64,000 bases of DNA from Ginglymostoma cirratum (GCA_024137785.1 JAHRHZ010000002.1:4359329-4423328), one strand, 5' to 3'. Counted from the first letter of the stretch, positions 10,300-24,130 are shown. Numbers and translations: made by a program. The notes: a model not told the origin generated them from the sequence alone.

Positions 10300-12140
10300 T
10301 TCACTCATGAGACGTGAGACATGGATGTTGCTGGCTGGCCAACATTTCTTGCCCATCCCTAGTTGCCCTTGAGAAGGTGGAGATGAGCTGCCTTCTTGAA
10401 CCACTGCAGACCACAAGCTGTGAGTTGATCCACAATGCCATTAGGGAGGGAATTCCAGGATTTTGACACAGCGACAGTGAAGGAACAGCGATATATTTCC
10501 AAGTCAGCATGGTGAGTGGCTTGGGGAGGACCTTGAAGGTGGTGTGTTTCCATATATCTACTGCCCTTGTCCTTCTAGATGGAAGTTATTGTGGGTTTGG
10601 AAGGTGCTGTCTGAGGACGTTTGGTGAATTTCTGCAGTGCATCTTGTAGATAGTACACACTGCTGCTACTGAGCGTCGGTGATGGAGGGAGTGGACATAG
10701 TGCTAATCAAGTGGGCTGTTTTGTCCTGGATGGTGTCAAGCATCTTAACTATTGATGGGGCTGCACTCATCCAGGAAAATGGGGAGTATTCCATCACATT
10801 CCTGACTTGTGCCTTGTAGATGGTGGACAGGCTTTGGGGAGTCAGGAGGTGAGTTACCCGCTGCAGTATTCCTAATCTCTGACCTGTTCTTGTAGCCGCT
10901 ATGTTTATGTGGTGAGTCCAGTTGAGTTTCTAATCAATGATAAACCCCAGGATGTTGATAGTGGGGGATTCGGTGATGGTAACACCATTGAATGTCAAAG
11001 GGTGGTGGTTAGATTGTCTCTCACTGGTGATGGTCATAGCCTGGCATTTGTGTGGCACGAATATCACTTGCCGCTTGTCAGCCCAAGCCTGGATATTGTC
11101 CGGATCTTGTTGCATTTGGACACAGTCTGCTTCAGTATCTGGGGAGTTGTGAATGGTGTTGAACATTGTGCACTCATTAACGAACATCCCCACTTCTGAC
11201 CTTATGATGGAGGGAAGGTCATTAATGAAGCAGATGAAGATGGTTGGGCCTGGGACACTACCCTGAGGAACTAATGCAGACATGGCCTGAAGCTGCGATG
11301 ACTGACCTCCAACAACCACAACAATCTTTCTATGAGTCAGGTATGACTCCAACCACCGGAGAGTTTGCCCCTAATACCCACTGATTCCAGTTTTACTGGG
11401 GCTCCTTGATGCCACACTCGGTTGAATGAAGCCTTGTTTTCAAAGGCTGTCACTCTCACCTTACCTCTGGAATTCAGCTCTTTTGTCCATGTTTGAACCA
11501 AGGCTGTAATGAGATCAGAAGCTGAGTGGCCCTGGTGGAACCCAAACTGGGCGTCACTGAGCAGGTTAAAACTGAGCAGGCGCTGCTTGATCGCACTGTT
11601 GATGTCACCTTCCATCACTTTACTGATGATTGAGAGGAGACTGATGGGGCCGGATTGGATTTGTCCTGCTTTTTATGTACAGGACATACCTGGGCAATAT
11701 TCCACATTTGTAAGGGAGATGTCAGTGTTGTAACAGTACTGGAACGGTTTGGCTAGCATTGCGGCAAGTCCTGGAGCACAAGTCTTCGGTACTATTGCTG
11801 GAATGTTGTCAGTGCCCGTAGCTTTTGCAGTATCCAGTGTCTCCAACCATTTCTTGGTATCACATGGGGTGAATCGAATTGGCTGAAGACTGGTATCTGT
11901 AATGGTGGGGACCACTGGAGGAGGCCGAGAAGGATCATCCATTTGGCACTTCTGGCTGAAAATTGTTGCAAAAGCTTCAGCCTTGTCTTTTGCACTGACG
12001 TGCCAGGCTCTTCCATCGGGGATATTTGTGGAGCCTCCTACTGCAGTGAGTTGTTTAATCCTCCAACACCGTTCATTACTGGCTATGGCAGGAATACGGA
12101 GCTTAGATCTCATCCGTTCATTGTAGGATTGCTTAGCTGT
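10300..12140 (-). mobile_element. CR1/L2-clade LINE, RT and 3' end
   Basis: ORF fragments QFGFHQGHSASDL, ASFNRVWHQG, VPQGSVPGPTIFICFINDLP. Confidence 0.85.
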
Positions 12141-13840
12141 GTTGTCTATTGTTGTTCCTAACAATTATGTCTGCTGGGAGTGTGTTTTGGTTGTGAATCC
12201 TATCGGATCACATGAATCAGGTGGAGCAGCAGTTAGAAGCAATGAGGAATTTACAGGAACCAGAGGATGTGATGGATGGCAGTTTCAAGAAGACAGAAAA
12301 ACCGCAGATACAGCTAGTAGCTGGGCTACCTCTAGGAAAGGTAGGAGAGGTAGGTGGGTAGTGCAGGGGTCCCCTGTGATCATCCCAAACAAGTATTCTG
12401 TTTTGGAAGATGTAGGAGGTGATGGGCTCAGGGGAGTTTAGTACTGACAGCCAAGTTTCTGATGCTGGGATTGGTTCTACTATAACGAGGTGCATGTCAG
12501 GTTCCAAGTGATTGATTGTGATAGGGGACTGTCTAGTCAGAGGCACAGACAGACGTTTCTGTGGCCAACAGCAAGACATTAGAGTGGTGTGTTGCTTCCC
12601 TGGTGCCAGGATCCAGGATATCTTGGAGATGGAGCAGAATATTCTCCAAGGGGAGAGGGACCAGCAGGAGGTCATTGTACACATTTGTACCAATGACATT
12701 GGAAGAGAAAGGAATGAGGTTCTGAAAGAGATAATATAGGAAATTAGGCAGGAGATTAAAAAGTAGGTCCTTGAGGATAGACATATATCAATCACTCCTG
12801 GTGCCACAAGGAATAGGAGGATCGAGCGTATGAAGACATGGCTGATGACCTGGTGCAGGGGAGAAGGATTCACATTTTTGGATCATTGGAATCTCTTCTG
12901 GGATAGAAGCAACCTATATAAGAAGGATGGATCGCACCTGAATTGGAAGGGAACTAGTAAGGTTGGGAGAGTGGTGGTGGCGGTAGGACCCAAAGAGATA
13001 GTGAGAAAAGAGATAAGGTGACGCTAGAACAGTTGAGAAGAGGAGCAAGTCAAACAGTCATGGCAGGTGAGAGCAAGGCAGAGAATGAGGTAGAACTGAT
13101 AAATTAAACTGCATTTATTTCAATATAAGAGGCCTAACAGGTAAGGCATGGTTGGGAACATGGGACTGAGATATCGTAGCGATTACAGAAACGTGGCTCA
13201 GGATCGACAGGATTGGCAGCTTAATGTTCCAGGGTATAGATGCTATAGGAAGGATCGAAAGGAGGGGAATGGTGTTTTTGATTAGGGATAAAATTACAGC
13301 TGTACTTAGAGGATATTCCAGGGAGTATGTCCAGGAAGATTATAACTGAAATAAGAAAGGGGTGATCATCTTATTGGGATTGTATTATACAGCCCCCAAT
13401 AGTCAGTGGGGAAATTGAGAAAGCAATTTTGTAAGGAGATCTGTTATCTGTAAGAATAATAGGGTGATTATGGTTGGAGATTTTAACTTTCCAAACATAG
13501 ACTGGGACTGCCCTAGCATTAAGGGCTGGGATGTAGAGGAATTTGTAAGTATGGACAAGAAAGTTTTCTTATTCAGTATGTGGATGTATCTGCAAGAGAA
13601 GGGGCGAAACGTGACCTTCTCTTGGGAAATAAGGCAGAGTAAGTGACTGAGGTGTCAGTGGAGGACGACTTTGGGGCCAGTGATCATAAAATAGTGATGG
13701 AAAAGGATAGACTGGATCTAGAAGCTAAAGTTCTAATTTGGAGGAAAACTAATTTTGATGGTATTATGCAAGAACTTTCAAAAGTTGATTGGGGCGGCTA
13801 GTCGCAGGCAAAAGGGCAGTTGGAAAATGGAAGGCTCTGA
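12140..13840 (+). mobile_element. CR1 LINE 5' part: ORF1 (SGNH/GDSL esterase-like) and endonuclease start
   Basis: IVIGDCLVRGTDRRFCG...CFPGARIQDI...VHICTNDIGR, DGSHLN, and later MVGDFNFPNIDW. Confidence 0.85.
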
Positions 13841-13994
13841 ATAGGTGCAAAATGTGTTCTTTCACATATCCTTTCTGTTGTGTTCTTTATTGTTATCCAA
13901 AATTCACTTATTTTAAAGTAATTCATTTCCCACATGTTATAATATATTAATTATATTACATATTTTTTATGCTATAATGAATAATAAAACTCCC

Positions 13995-14365
13995 AACATA
14001 AAGAAATTAACAGTATTTATTGTAACAACAGTATAGAAAAGGGATTTATAGAACACTGAAAATCAAACTGAGAAACCCTGATTATGTTTAAATCAATCAG
14101 GATTCCACAGCTAAATTAACAAATTGCCTTTTTATAAGACATGACATGAATGTTGAAGTTTAGGAAACAAGAGACATTGTACTTGTGACAATAATATCCA
14201 TTACAAATCTGAAGGTAGATTTCCATTGTTGAGCAAACGGTTTATGTCTGATAATATCATAAGGTGATTTTAACCCAATGAAGAAATAATTTCTAACTTG
14301 GTGCAGTTTCAGCATAGAACGTCAGTGATTTTCTGCATTTTCTTTCCACATCATAATGAAGGTAC
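13995..14365 (-). other. Probable non-coding exon 5 (3' UTR) of the class II alpha gene
   Basis: Exon 4 has a GTAAGT donor 2 nt after the stop (22541-22536). A strong acceptor TCTCTTTTTCTACTCAG|G occurs at 14366/14365 in a non-repeat AT-rich island. AATAAA at 14021-14016 with a GU/U-rich tract downstream; second AATAAA at 13891-13886. The 3' end is approximate. Confidence 0.65.
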
Positions 14366-14579
14366 CTGAGTAGAAAAAGAGATCAATCGATCACAATGAA
14401 TAAATCATAAGAACACTGACCTTAGTTAGCTGCTTATTCTGCTTGTTACATGGCTTACATACAGGAATTTGTATGAATGAAATACCAAAAGTCTACTTAT
14501 ATAGTTTTTCTTCTAAACTGACTAGGCATCATAAGACACATTGGCAATATACGCAGGAGATGGGAAATTGATGGGTTAC

Positions 14580-14935
14580 CTTATGGAGGTTTATAAAATC
14601 ATGAGGGGTATAGATAAGGTGAACAGCAGGTGTCTTTTCCCAAGGAGTTCAAGACTAAGCAGCATATTTTTAAGGTGAGAGGTGAAAGATTTAATAAAAG
14701 ACATGACAGACAACTTTTGTACACAGTGGTTCATGCGTGGAATGAACTTCCTGAGGAAGTGGTAATTATGGGTATGGTTACAACATTTAAAAGACATCTG
14801 GATAAATACATTAATAAGAAATGTTTGGATGGAAATAGGCCCAGCACAGGCAAGTGGGACTGGTTCAGTTTGGGATTATGGTTGGCATGGACTGGTTGTA
14901 CCGAAGGTCTGTTTCCATGCTGTATGACTCTGTGA
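14580..14935 (+). mobile_element. CR1 3' fragment
   Basis: FKVRGERF...AWNELPEEVV...TFKRHLDKY. Confidence 0.8.
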
Positions 14936-16049
14936 TGGCAAGGTGGTGTGTTAAATGAAAGATTTTTAAAAAAAATTGAACAATCCAGAACAGCTTAGTG
15001 AGAGAAACTGGCACCAAATTTACACAGCACGTAGGTTTTATTTTCTATTGATTTTAATTGACAAACTTTCAGAATTTGGTGCAAAGATTTAAATCATTTA
15101 CAATATTTCTTAAATATGTACTGTATTAGATTTGATGTAACAGTACTCTCACGTGAAGAGTATAAGTCAATAAAGACTGAGCACAAAATTAGGCTAATGT
15201 TAGGCATACTAAGGGGAGTTCACATGGCCAGGGGTTCAGTTTTTCAGATACATAGTTAAACAGAGTATCAGGCTTGGATTTCTGTGTAGTTGCAAAGACT
15301 ATGCAGATCTTTCAAAATTTTGGGAAGAGACCTGGATATCTTGCAACCCATTTCTGAGTGATCCCATTGCCTTAAGTAGGGATAAGATTCTGACATAATG
15401 GAAATCCAAACTCCGTGCCAAGATCAAATAGACCCCACTTTCACTGTAGTAAGGGCATTGACCCATAGCTTAGGGGCTAAAAATGTCTAGAGCTGTTGTA
15501 GTTGCAATAACTATTCATTGACATTACTCCCAGGGTTCTTTATAAACACATGATTGATTTCCACAACCTATTATCATCTTGCCACAACTAATTGTGCTCT
15601 GCAAATCAATTCCCAAAATTGTACCAAAAGTTAATGATATTTTAAAGAATGCACAGTACCCCCAATTTCCCTGACTTTCAGACCCAGATTGTAGAAAGCA
15701 CAAATCAGAATTTTGTAGTGAACAAGGATCGTTATTTACACAACTAATTAGAGGTAAACATTTAGAAACAACTTGTATATAATACTATGACCTAAAATTT
15801 GAACTCCCTTATAAATGTTTCCTCACACATACACTACACACACACACACAGACAAAAGAAAGAAAATAAATTATTGGAAGAATTGGAAAAACTAGAATGT
15901 CAGTTCAGTGTTCTTCACTTTCTGGTCCCAATTTTGAGATGATCCTTCTTTGGCTGGCTAGATTGTTACTGCTCAGTTGTCTTCCTTTGTGTTACTTACA
16001 GATCAGTGAAAGCATCCAGAGTGGCTTCACGCTGAGGCTGTGGCCTTGG

Positions 16050-17640
16050 GTTCTAGTTTCTCCATGTCTCCTCTATCCAAGCCCTCTGTATTCTGTAATT
16101 TTCAATCAGATCCCCCCTCATCCTTCTAAACTCCGTCGAGTAAAGAGCTAGAGTCCTCAATTGTTCCTCATTTGGCAAGCTCTTCTTCCCCAGGATCATT
16201 CTTGTAAAGCTCCCCATACCCCCTCTAATGCAGCACATCCTTCCTTAGAGACGAGGCCCAAAACTACTCAATATGGTGTGACTAGAGCTGTACACAGCCT
16301 GAGCAATACATCACTGTTGCAGTATTCCAGCCCTCTTGAAATGAATGCCAACATTGCAATTACCTTCTTAACTGCCAACTGAAATTGCATGTTAACCTTA
16401 AGAAAATCTTGAACTTGGACTCCTAATTCCCTTTGTCCTTCAGATTTCTGAAAACTTTCCCTGTTCAGGAAATAGTTTATGCCTCTATTCTTCCTTACCA
16501 AAGTGGATAACCTCACGATTGCCACATTCTATTCCATCTGCCACTCTTTGCCCACTCCCCTCGACTGTCCTTCTGCAGCCTTCCTGCTTCTCAACAGTAT
16601 ACCTATCCCTCCATCTATCTTTGTATCATCTGCAAACCTAGCAACAATGTCCTCAGAGATAAAAGGTACTGCAGATGCTGGAGAATCCGAGATAACAAGC
16701 ATGGGGCTGGATGAACACAGCAGTTCCTTCATTCAGATCATTAATGTATAACGTGAGTAGTTATGGTCCCAACATGGACCCCTGTGGAATTCCACCTCCC
16801 TTCTTCCCTCCCTTCCTCAACAGGGTGTTACACTAGCCATTTTACAGTCCTCTGGCACCCTCCCTGACTCCAGTGATTCCTGAAAGATCACCACCAATGC
16901 ATCTACAATCCCTCAACTACCTTCTTCAGAACCCGGGGTGTACTCCATCAGCTCTGGGTGATTTATCCACCCTCCAACCTTTCAGCTTCCCCAGCACCTT
17001 CTCCTTAATGAAGGCCACTACACTCTTAAAATTCTGGTACATTGCTCGTGTCTTCCACTGTGAAAACAATGCAAAGTACCTAGCCAGTTCCCCTGCCATT
17101 CCTTTGTTCTCATTACTGCTATTCTGGCCTCATTGTCCATTGGTCCAATGTTCATTCTGCCTCTCTCTTACCTTTTGGATATCTAAAAACTATTGCAATT
17201 TTCTTTTATATTACTAGCTCACTTATTCTCATTTCATCATCTCTCCCTTTATGGCTTTTTTAAATTTATCCTCTGCTGGTTTTTAAAGGCTTTCCACTAA
17301 TCTTCACCACATTGTATGATTTTTATTTTGCTTTAATGCTATATCTTTCTTCACTTGTCAGTCATGGTTGCCTCATCCTCCCCTTTATATGTTTCCTCTT
17401 CCTTGGGATGAATTTCTGCTGTGTCTTCAGGATTACCCTCAGAAACTCCTGCCATTGCTGCTCCACCGTCTTCCCAACTACGTTTCCCTTCCAATCAACT
17501 CTGGCCAGCTCCTCCCTCATATCTTTAATCAACTGTAACACCATTAAATCTCATTCAGTCTTCTCCCTCTCAAACTGCAGGATGAATTCTATCACATTCA
17601 GGTCACTGGTCGCTAATCAAGTTTGCCTCATTACACATCA
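16050..17640 (-). mobile_element. Degenerate CR1 LINE, with a short Penelope-repeat insert at about 16655-16723
   Basis: FADDTKI, FISRGLEY and EFRRMRGDLIE fragments in the ORF track. Confidence 0.85.
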
Positions 17641-18169
17641 ATCTGTTTTTGAAAACAGTTATTTCTCATTGCAGTCCACACTTTTTAAAATACAAAATAA
17701 AAAGACGTAGTCCTTACAATCTCAGCATGGTATGCTTAGGTCACAGTTTGATTGACAACCCAAAGAGGTGATATATCAGGAATTAAGCAATTTTAAACGT
17801 TTTCTTTCTGTACTCATGAGTGGGAATTTTAAAACTATAGCAAAGGCTAAAATAGATATTTAGACTTTTACTTAATCTCTATATGACTACTGAGGCCTTC
17901 CTGTACTGGTTACTGAGTGAGCTGGCATGGATGACTCTGTCTGGTCCATCCCCTTCCAGCTTCAAAGAGAAGGTCCTGCCACTGGGATGTTTCTCCTGAG
18001 ATAGGTGTGGTTAACTGGGAAAATGCCTGTACTACCCACTTCATTAGTGAAAATCCAGTCCTTAGAGAGAAAAAGGGCTGTGGATGCTGGAAGCCAGAGT
18101 TAATAGGTGTGAGGCTGGAAAAGCACAGCAGGTCAGGCAGCATCCATGGAGCAGGAAAGTCCTGACTGT

Positions 18170-21100
18170 ACTAGTTCTGTCGATGCGTAACTGAGTCCAG
18201 GGTTTACCTGGCCATTCCCATGAATGTGGGGGTGCTGCCAATGGCAGTGTTCATCCTTGTTAGCCGTCTGGGCACTGCTGCACCAATGCAGCTATGTTGG
18301 CATCCAGCCCCAGCCACCAGACATAGTTTCTTGCCGCATCTTCAGCTTGGAAACCCGTGGATGACCCCAGTGGAGTTCGACCAGTATCTGGTGGTGACCT
18401 TTACTCAGGACAATCACTCTTGCTCCCCAGTGATATACCATCCTCTACGGTGATCTGGTCTCGCCAAGTCCAGAAAGGTTTCAGTCCAGGATGCGATGGC
18501 CCTTCTGTTTTCCCATTACCACCAGCTGTTTCAGTTTCACTAGGATAGGATCTTTTGTGTCCACAGTTGGATATTGTACACAGTGACAGGAAAGCTGTCC
18601 AAAAAGTTCAAAACCAAAACAGATTCTTCCGGGGAGGCACCATAGGTGGAGTATATGCTAGTGGGAAGTGGCTCAAAGCATCTGCATTAATCATTTGGGT
18701 TTCTGGATGGTGTTCTAGCTTATAGTTGTACATGCTGAGAATAAGGGCCCACTGCTGAATTCTATCAGACGTTATGGGCAGCACCGCCTTGTCTTCCTTC
18801 ACTAGCCCTAGCAGGGGTTTGTGATCTGTTACTATGAGAAAGGCCCATCTGTAAAAGTGCCAGTGGAACCTCCTCACACCAAAGACGACTGCCAAACCTT
18901 CCTTTTCTGTCTGGGCATATCTGTGTTCAGCATCAGCCAAAGTCCAAGAAACATATGCTATTGGGCATTCCTCTCTCTGTTGGGCCAGCAGTGAGCCAGC
19001 ACTATCCCGATACCGTATTGGGAGGTATCTGTTGTCAACACCACCTCTTGCTTCAGATTGTACTGGGCCAACACCTTAGATGAGATGAGCTGCTTTTTCA
19101 CTTCCCTAAAGGCTGCTTCTTGGCTATATGACCATTTCCAAGGCTGAACCTTTTTCAATAGCAAACATAAGGGTGCCAACTTAGAGGGCAGGATACGTTG
19201 AATTTTTTGTAATAATCCACCAGCCCGAGGAAAGGACTAAGCTCTGGCACAGGCATGGGAGCTGGGGCTCCTTTGATTGCCTTCACTTTCTCTTCCAGCA
19301 GGTGTAACCTGGGCTTGTTGACTCTGTAACCCAAGTAGGTCACTTGGAGTGCCTGGAGCACACACTTTTACCTTCTAAGCCATACGCTCACTTGGAAGAA
19401 ACGTTTAAGCACTATGTCTGAGTTCTCCAAATGCTCTTTATTGGTCTCCCTGGTATTAGCACATCATCCCCAAATAGCAACCTGGGATAGCCCTTTTAAA
19501 ATGTTCTCCATCATCCACTGGAAAAGGCCGAATAGCAGTCTTGTATATTGCTATAAACCCTTATGGGTGTTAATTGTGGCAGACAAATGTGACTCCTCAT
19601 CCAGTCGCAATTGCAAGTAGATGTGGCTCATGTCCAGCTTCGTAAAGGACAGCCAACACCACCCCCTGACCAATTTTGCGTACAAGTCCTCTATGCAATG
19701 GATCAGGTATTTATCCAGCTGTGAGAAGCGGTTCACTTTTTGCACAAGATCCCTCCAAAGGCAAACCGAGCCATCAGGCTTCACAATCGGTATGACTGGT
19801 GCTGCCCATTCCGCAAACTGCACTGGTTTAATAATTCCTTCACTCTCCAACCTCCTGATTTCCACCTCTACTTTTGGCCACAAGACAAATGGCACTGGGT
19901 GGCCCTTGCAAAATCTCAGAATTGCACCCTGGTCAAGAGGTAAAGATGGCTTTGGCCCTTTTGATCGTCCCAAGTCCTTTTTGAAAAACTCCTGGGTATT
20001 TCATTAGGACTTCACTGATGCAGCAATTTTCCAACCAAAAAATGTTGAGCCAACCTTGGTGAATTTTTCTCAGTCAGTTCCATCTAGTAGGTTCTGAGGA
20101 AGGGTCACCAGACCCGAAACGTTAACTGTTTTCTCCTTCACAGATGCTGCCAGACCTGCTGAGCTTTTCCAGCAACTTTGTTTTTGTTCCTGATTTACAG
20201 CATTCGCAGTTCTTTTGGTTTCCATCTAGTAGGCTTGGGTCTGCACTGAGCAGTGGTAACGACACCAACTGTTACTCACAGGAGACTGGAACCAAAGTTC
20301 GACCCTCAATGTGCAACGGTTGCCCAACGGTTTTCAGTCTGGCTGAGGTCTTGTGCAAGCTTAAAGGTTGGAGTCCTGAGCAAATCTTGTTGAAGAGAAA
20401 TTCTGCAACCACAGACACAGCTGCGCCAGTATCGACCTCCATGGGAACTGGGCGACTATTTAACCAAACATTAATTTTAATTAGATCTGATTTGGGTGTC
20501 ACTAAGCAATTTAATTGTTCCAAACCACATGTAGGGGAACTTTCTAGGGTGTGCAGTCTCCTAGGTACTGGCCTCTGGGTTTTCCTACTCAAGCCAGGCC
20601 CTGCAGGACTTCTTTACTGTCTCAAGCCTGCATACTGACATCAATGACAATGGCTTACCAGCCAGATCCTGATCAACAGATTAGCACCCTGGCCAAGGCT
20701 TGGCTTTGTTGTGTGGTTCTGTTGTGGGTTAGCCTAGGGTCCCTCTGCTCAGGACATGCCCTGCATTAGGCACTGCGACTGCCTACACTCACACTGTGTT
20801 CCCCGGCTCAGTTGGACATTGAGGGTGTCCACCTCCATTGGGATGCCCTGCCATGCTCCACTTGTCACATTTTCTAATGACAAGGCCAGCTGTAGTACCT
20901 GTTTGAAGTCCAGTTGTGCTTTAGCTAATAGGTGCTTTTCCATGGTTACGTCATTAATCCCACATACCAAACGGTCTGTTACCATCTCATTCAGGGTTAA
21001 CCCAAAATCACATGCCTCTGCCAGTTGTCGCAACCTTGTCAAAAATCTCAATATGGATTCCCCCAGTTCACTAACGGCCGAATAAACTGATAACGTCCCA

Positions 21101-21662
21101 GGATTAGAGGAGGTTTTGGGGTCGGAATATTCCTCAACCAACTCTGTCAACTCTTGAAAGATTTTAGCGTCTGATGCCTCTGGGAAAGTTAAGCCCTTAT
21201 AACTGAAAATGCTGAGGGTCCACAAGCACTTGGAAGGATTACTCATTGTTTCTCATCTGCCCCAATGTCATTTGCTGGAAAAAAAAATCACATTCTTTCA
21301 ACAGGCTGGCCCAATCTTCAACAGCAGGGTCAAATGAGTCAAGCTTCCCAAATGGTGGCATGATGCCAGAAATGCTTACCCCAACTAAGATGACTGTTGG
21401 AACTGAAAGTTCTTCAGGCAGGTCCAGTTTTCTCTTGTCACCACTGAAATAACTTCACACAGGCTGGTATTCCGTCACCAAGTCACCCTTTATTTATTTG
21501 TGCACAGTTCCATTGGCTGTTTCCCAGCCAGTTTAGAGTCAATCCCCCAAACTGAGGAGATTCTAATCTCCTGGTTATATTGGTCAGCCAGGGCTTTCCT
21601 GATTAACAACCCCAATCAATGACCTCATAGTCAACAAGATCCAGCCGGTCCCAATCAGGACA
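18170..21662 (-). mobile_element. Degenerate Ty3/Gypsy LTR retrotransposon, 3'-truncated
   Basis: 5' LTR TG...CA at 21662-21445 and PBS-like TGGTGACAAGAG at 21443-21432. Gag (DRLVCGI), protease (MEVDTGAAVS), RT (WAAPVIPIVKPDG, FTKLDM, TINTHKGL) and RNase H (YAQTEKEGLA, TDHKPL) are present. No integrase core or 3' LTR recognised; left boundary approximate. Confidence 0.9.
20092..20219 (+). mobile_element. Short hammerhead-bearing insert nested in the Gypsy element
   Basis: 14-bp TSD TTCCATCTAGTAGG (20078-20091 and 20220-20233). CTGAGGA-A-GGGTC ACCA GACCC-GAAA-CG-TT at 20094-20123. Confidence 0.88.
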
Positions 21663-22543
21663 GTGTGTGATTCATATGTGTTAATATCATTTATTTCAGT
21701 CTGAATTTTGACTTTCTGTAGTCATGATCTTTTACACTAGCGTGAGAGAGAGGAGGTTGCCCAAAGCTTGGAAATTTTTAGTGGGCATTTACAAATGTCC
21801 AGGGTCTGCACTCTTTTGCTGTCTCAAGTCCACATACTAGCAGCAACTAAAATGACTTGCCGGCCCGGATCCTGAAGAAAATTTGGCCAAGGCTTCACTT
21901 TGTTTTGGGGTTTTGCTGTGGACTGACCTAGAGTCCCTCTGTTTAGGATAGAATCATAGAATCATGTGGAAACAGGCCATTTCAGCCCAACAAGTCCACA
22001 CTGACCCTCTCAGTCTCCTCCATGCAGTTACCACTTTTAGATATAGGTATTCCAGTGTTGTCTTGTTTAATCTCCAATTACCTCTTTTCAAAAACTTCAA
22101 TTTAACATAAACCTTGTTGTCTAAACATGGCTGAGTCTAAAACTGGGTGCACTGCTTCAAAATTAGGTGTCAGAGATTAGGGGAATTCTTTTCCTTCAGA
22201 GTTTCTGCTATTTTGGAACTCTCTGCCTCAGAAAGTGGTGGAGAAGGGGCTCTTGAATATATCTAAGGCAGGTACTGATAGATTCTTGTTAAATTATTTA
22301 ACAATGAGATTGAAAGTCTTCATTGCCTTTTCTTTAAGAACGTAGATCAAAGGACCTCCACTGTTACTGTATTAATTGTTAAAGTTTACGACTTTAAAGT
22401 ACAGAAGCTATGATGCTCCATCACTTGAAGACAGAAGAGCGACCTTATGGAGGCATACGATGAATCCAATAGCTGATCCATTTTTAATTCAGTAATGTTA
22501 ATGATGCATACAGACAGGGATTTCCTGTGCCCTGTACTTACCC

Positions 22544-22689
22544 CTAGATGCCATGCTGCTGAGCTTGCAGCCGCTGTCTCTCTTTGATCAGTAAGATGAT
22601 TCCTACAACAGCACTGATAATTCCCAGGGTGAGTCCCAGAGCACAGATTATTGTCCCATGTCCAGACTTTTCCTCAGGAACTCCCTGAT
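22544..22689 (-). CDS. DAA: MHC class II alpha chain, exon 4 (connecting peptide, TM, cytoplasmic tail, stop)
   Basis: TTTCTTGTTACACAG acceptor. DQGVPEEKSGHGTIICALGLTLGIISAVVGIILLIKERQRLQAQQHGI* has the class II alpha TM pattern CxxGxxxG. TAG at 22546-22544. Total CDS 67+249+282+146 = 744 nt = 247 aa + stop. Confidence 0.96.
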
Positions 22690-22749
22690 CTGTGTAACAA
22701 GAAAGAAAGGAATAATGCTGTGAAGGTGGTGGACTACTTTCTTGAATAG

Positions 22750-23720
22750 CTATGGCATACATGGTGAAGGTACTCCTACAGTATTGTTAGGAACTTCCAC
22801 AATCTTGACCCAGTGATGAGGATGGTGTAATATATTTCCAAATTTGGATTTGGAGGGGAGACTTGAGGGAACTTGCAGGTGCTGGTGTTTCAATATGTCA
22901 GCTGTCCTTGTCTATCTAATTGGTAGAGGTAACACATTTGCAAATTGGTGCAGTAGAAGGCTGGTCGAGTTCTTGCACTGCATCTTGTAGATAGTACACA
23001 CTGCTGCGACTGTGCCCTGGTGGTGAATACGGTGAATATTGAAGGTGATGAATGAGGTGCTAATCAATTAAGATGATTTGCCCAAGATGATGTCAAGGTT
23101 TTGGAGTGCCATTTAGACAAGGGGAGACAATTAAGCTCCTGACTTGTACCTTACTGACAGTGGACAGATACTGGGGAGTCAGGAGGTGGGTTATTCACCA
23201 TTGAACACCCAGCTTCTCACCTGTAGGCACAGTATTAATGAGCCTGGTCCAGTCAATGGTAACTCCCACGGATTTTGATAGTGGGGAATCTGACAACGGT
23301 GGTGTCAAAGTTTGATACTTATGTCCTTTTTTGTTGGAGATGATTAATTGGCAGGTATGTAGCACAGATATTATTTATATCCTAGCAGTCTGAATCAGCA
23401 TGTTGTTCAAGTCTTGCTGCATGCGCTGATAATTTGTATGTAATATTTGGACGTGACTGCTTCAGTATCTGAGGAGTCACGAATAGTACTGAACATTGTG
23501 CAATCATCAGTGAACATCCTTGCTTCTGACCTTATGGTGGAGGGAAGGTCATTGATATCAATTAAGGAAAGCTATCATTCTTACTAGGTCTCACCTATAT
23601 GCTACTCTGGATTTTTAGAAATGTGGTTGACTCTGACTGTCCTCTGAAATGTGCTAGAAAACTACTTAGTTCAAGGGCACTTAGGGACAGGCAGTAAATA
23701 CTGGCCATCAGCATTTTTAA
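22750..23720. mobile_element. Degenerate LINE of the same family as 10300-12140
   Basis: Shared motifs catcttgtagatagtacacactgctgc and cttctgaccttatg.tggagggaaggtcatt. Confidence 0.7.
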
Positions 23721-23848
23721 AAAAAAATGCAATTCTGGTATTTGGTTATTATTCAGTACCTTGTATTTGCATGTTTCTCTTTTATTTTGAGTAAAGCTAA
23801 AAAGTTAAAGCTTTCTAATACCAAATTATAATCAAGTCTCTCACTGAC

Positions 23849-24130
23849 CCCAGAATACAGTTACTGGATCCTGTAGGCTCGAATGTTCCACATGACAGGA
23901 GTACATGTCTCCAGGACTCGGGACAATGCTCAGGTATGAAAATCTACGAAATGTAAAATCCTCTTTAATATAGAACTCAGTGATGTTATCGCCATCAGTC
24001 ATGGGCTCATTGTTTCTTCTCCACTTCATGGTGATGTGTGGAGGGTAGAATCCATCAGCGAAACAGATCAATGTGTTCAGCTGCCCCCATTCTACAAGGT
24101 CCTCAGAATACACAGAGACTTCAGGACGAA
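23849..24130 (-). CDS. DAA: MHC class II alpha chain, exon 3 (alpha-2 C1-set Ig domain)
   Basis: TACTTTACAG acceptor and GTCAGT donor; 282 nt. VRPEVSVY...GQLNTLICFADGFYPPHITMKW...DMYSCHVEHSSL is a typical class II alpha-2 domain with both Cys and the Trp. Confidence 0.97.

Noticed and set aside
15480-16030. Possible solo-LTR-like sequence (similar impression at about 29.1-29.5 kb and 54.5-55.1 kb)
   Set aside because: No clear TG..CA ends, TSD or second copy identified.
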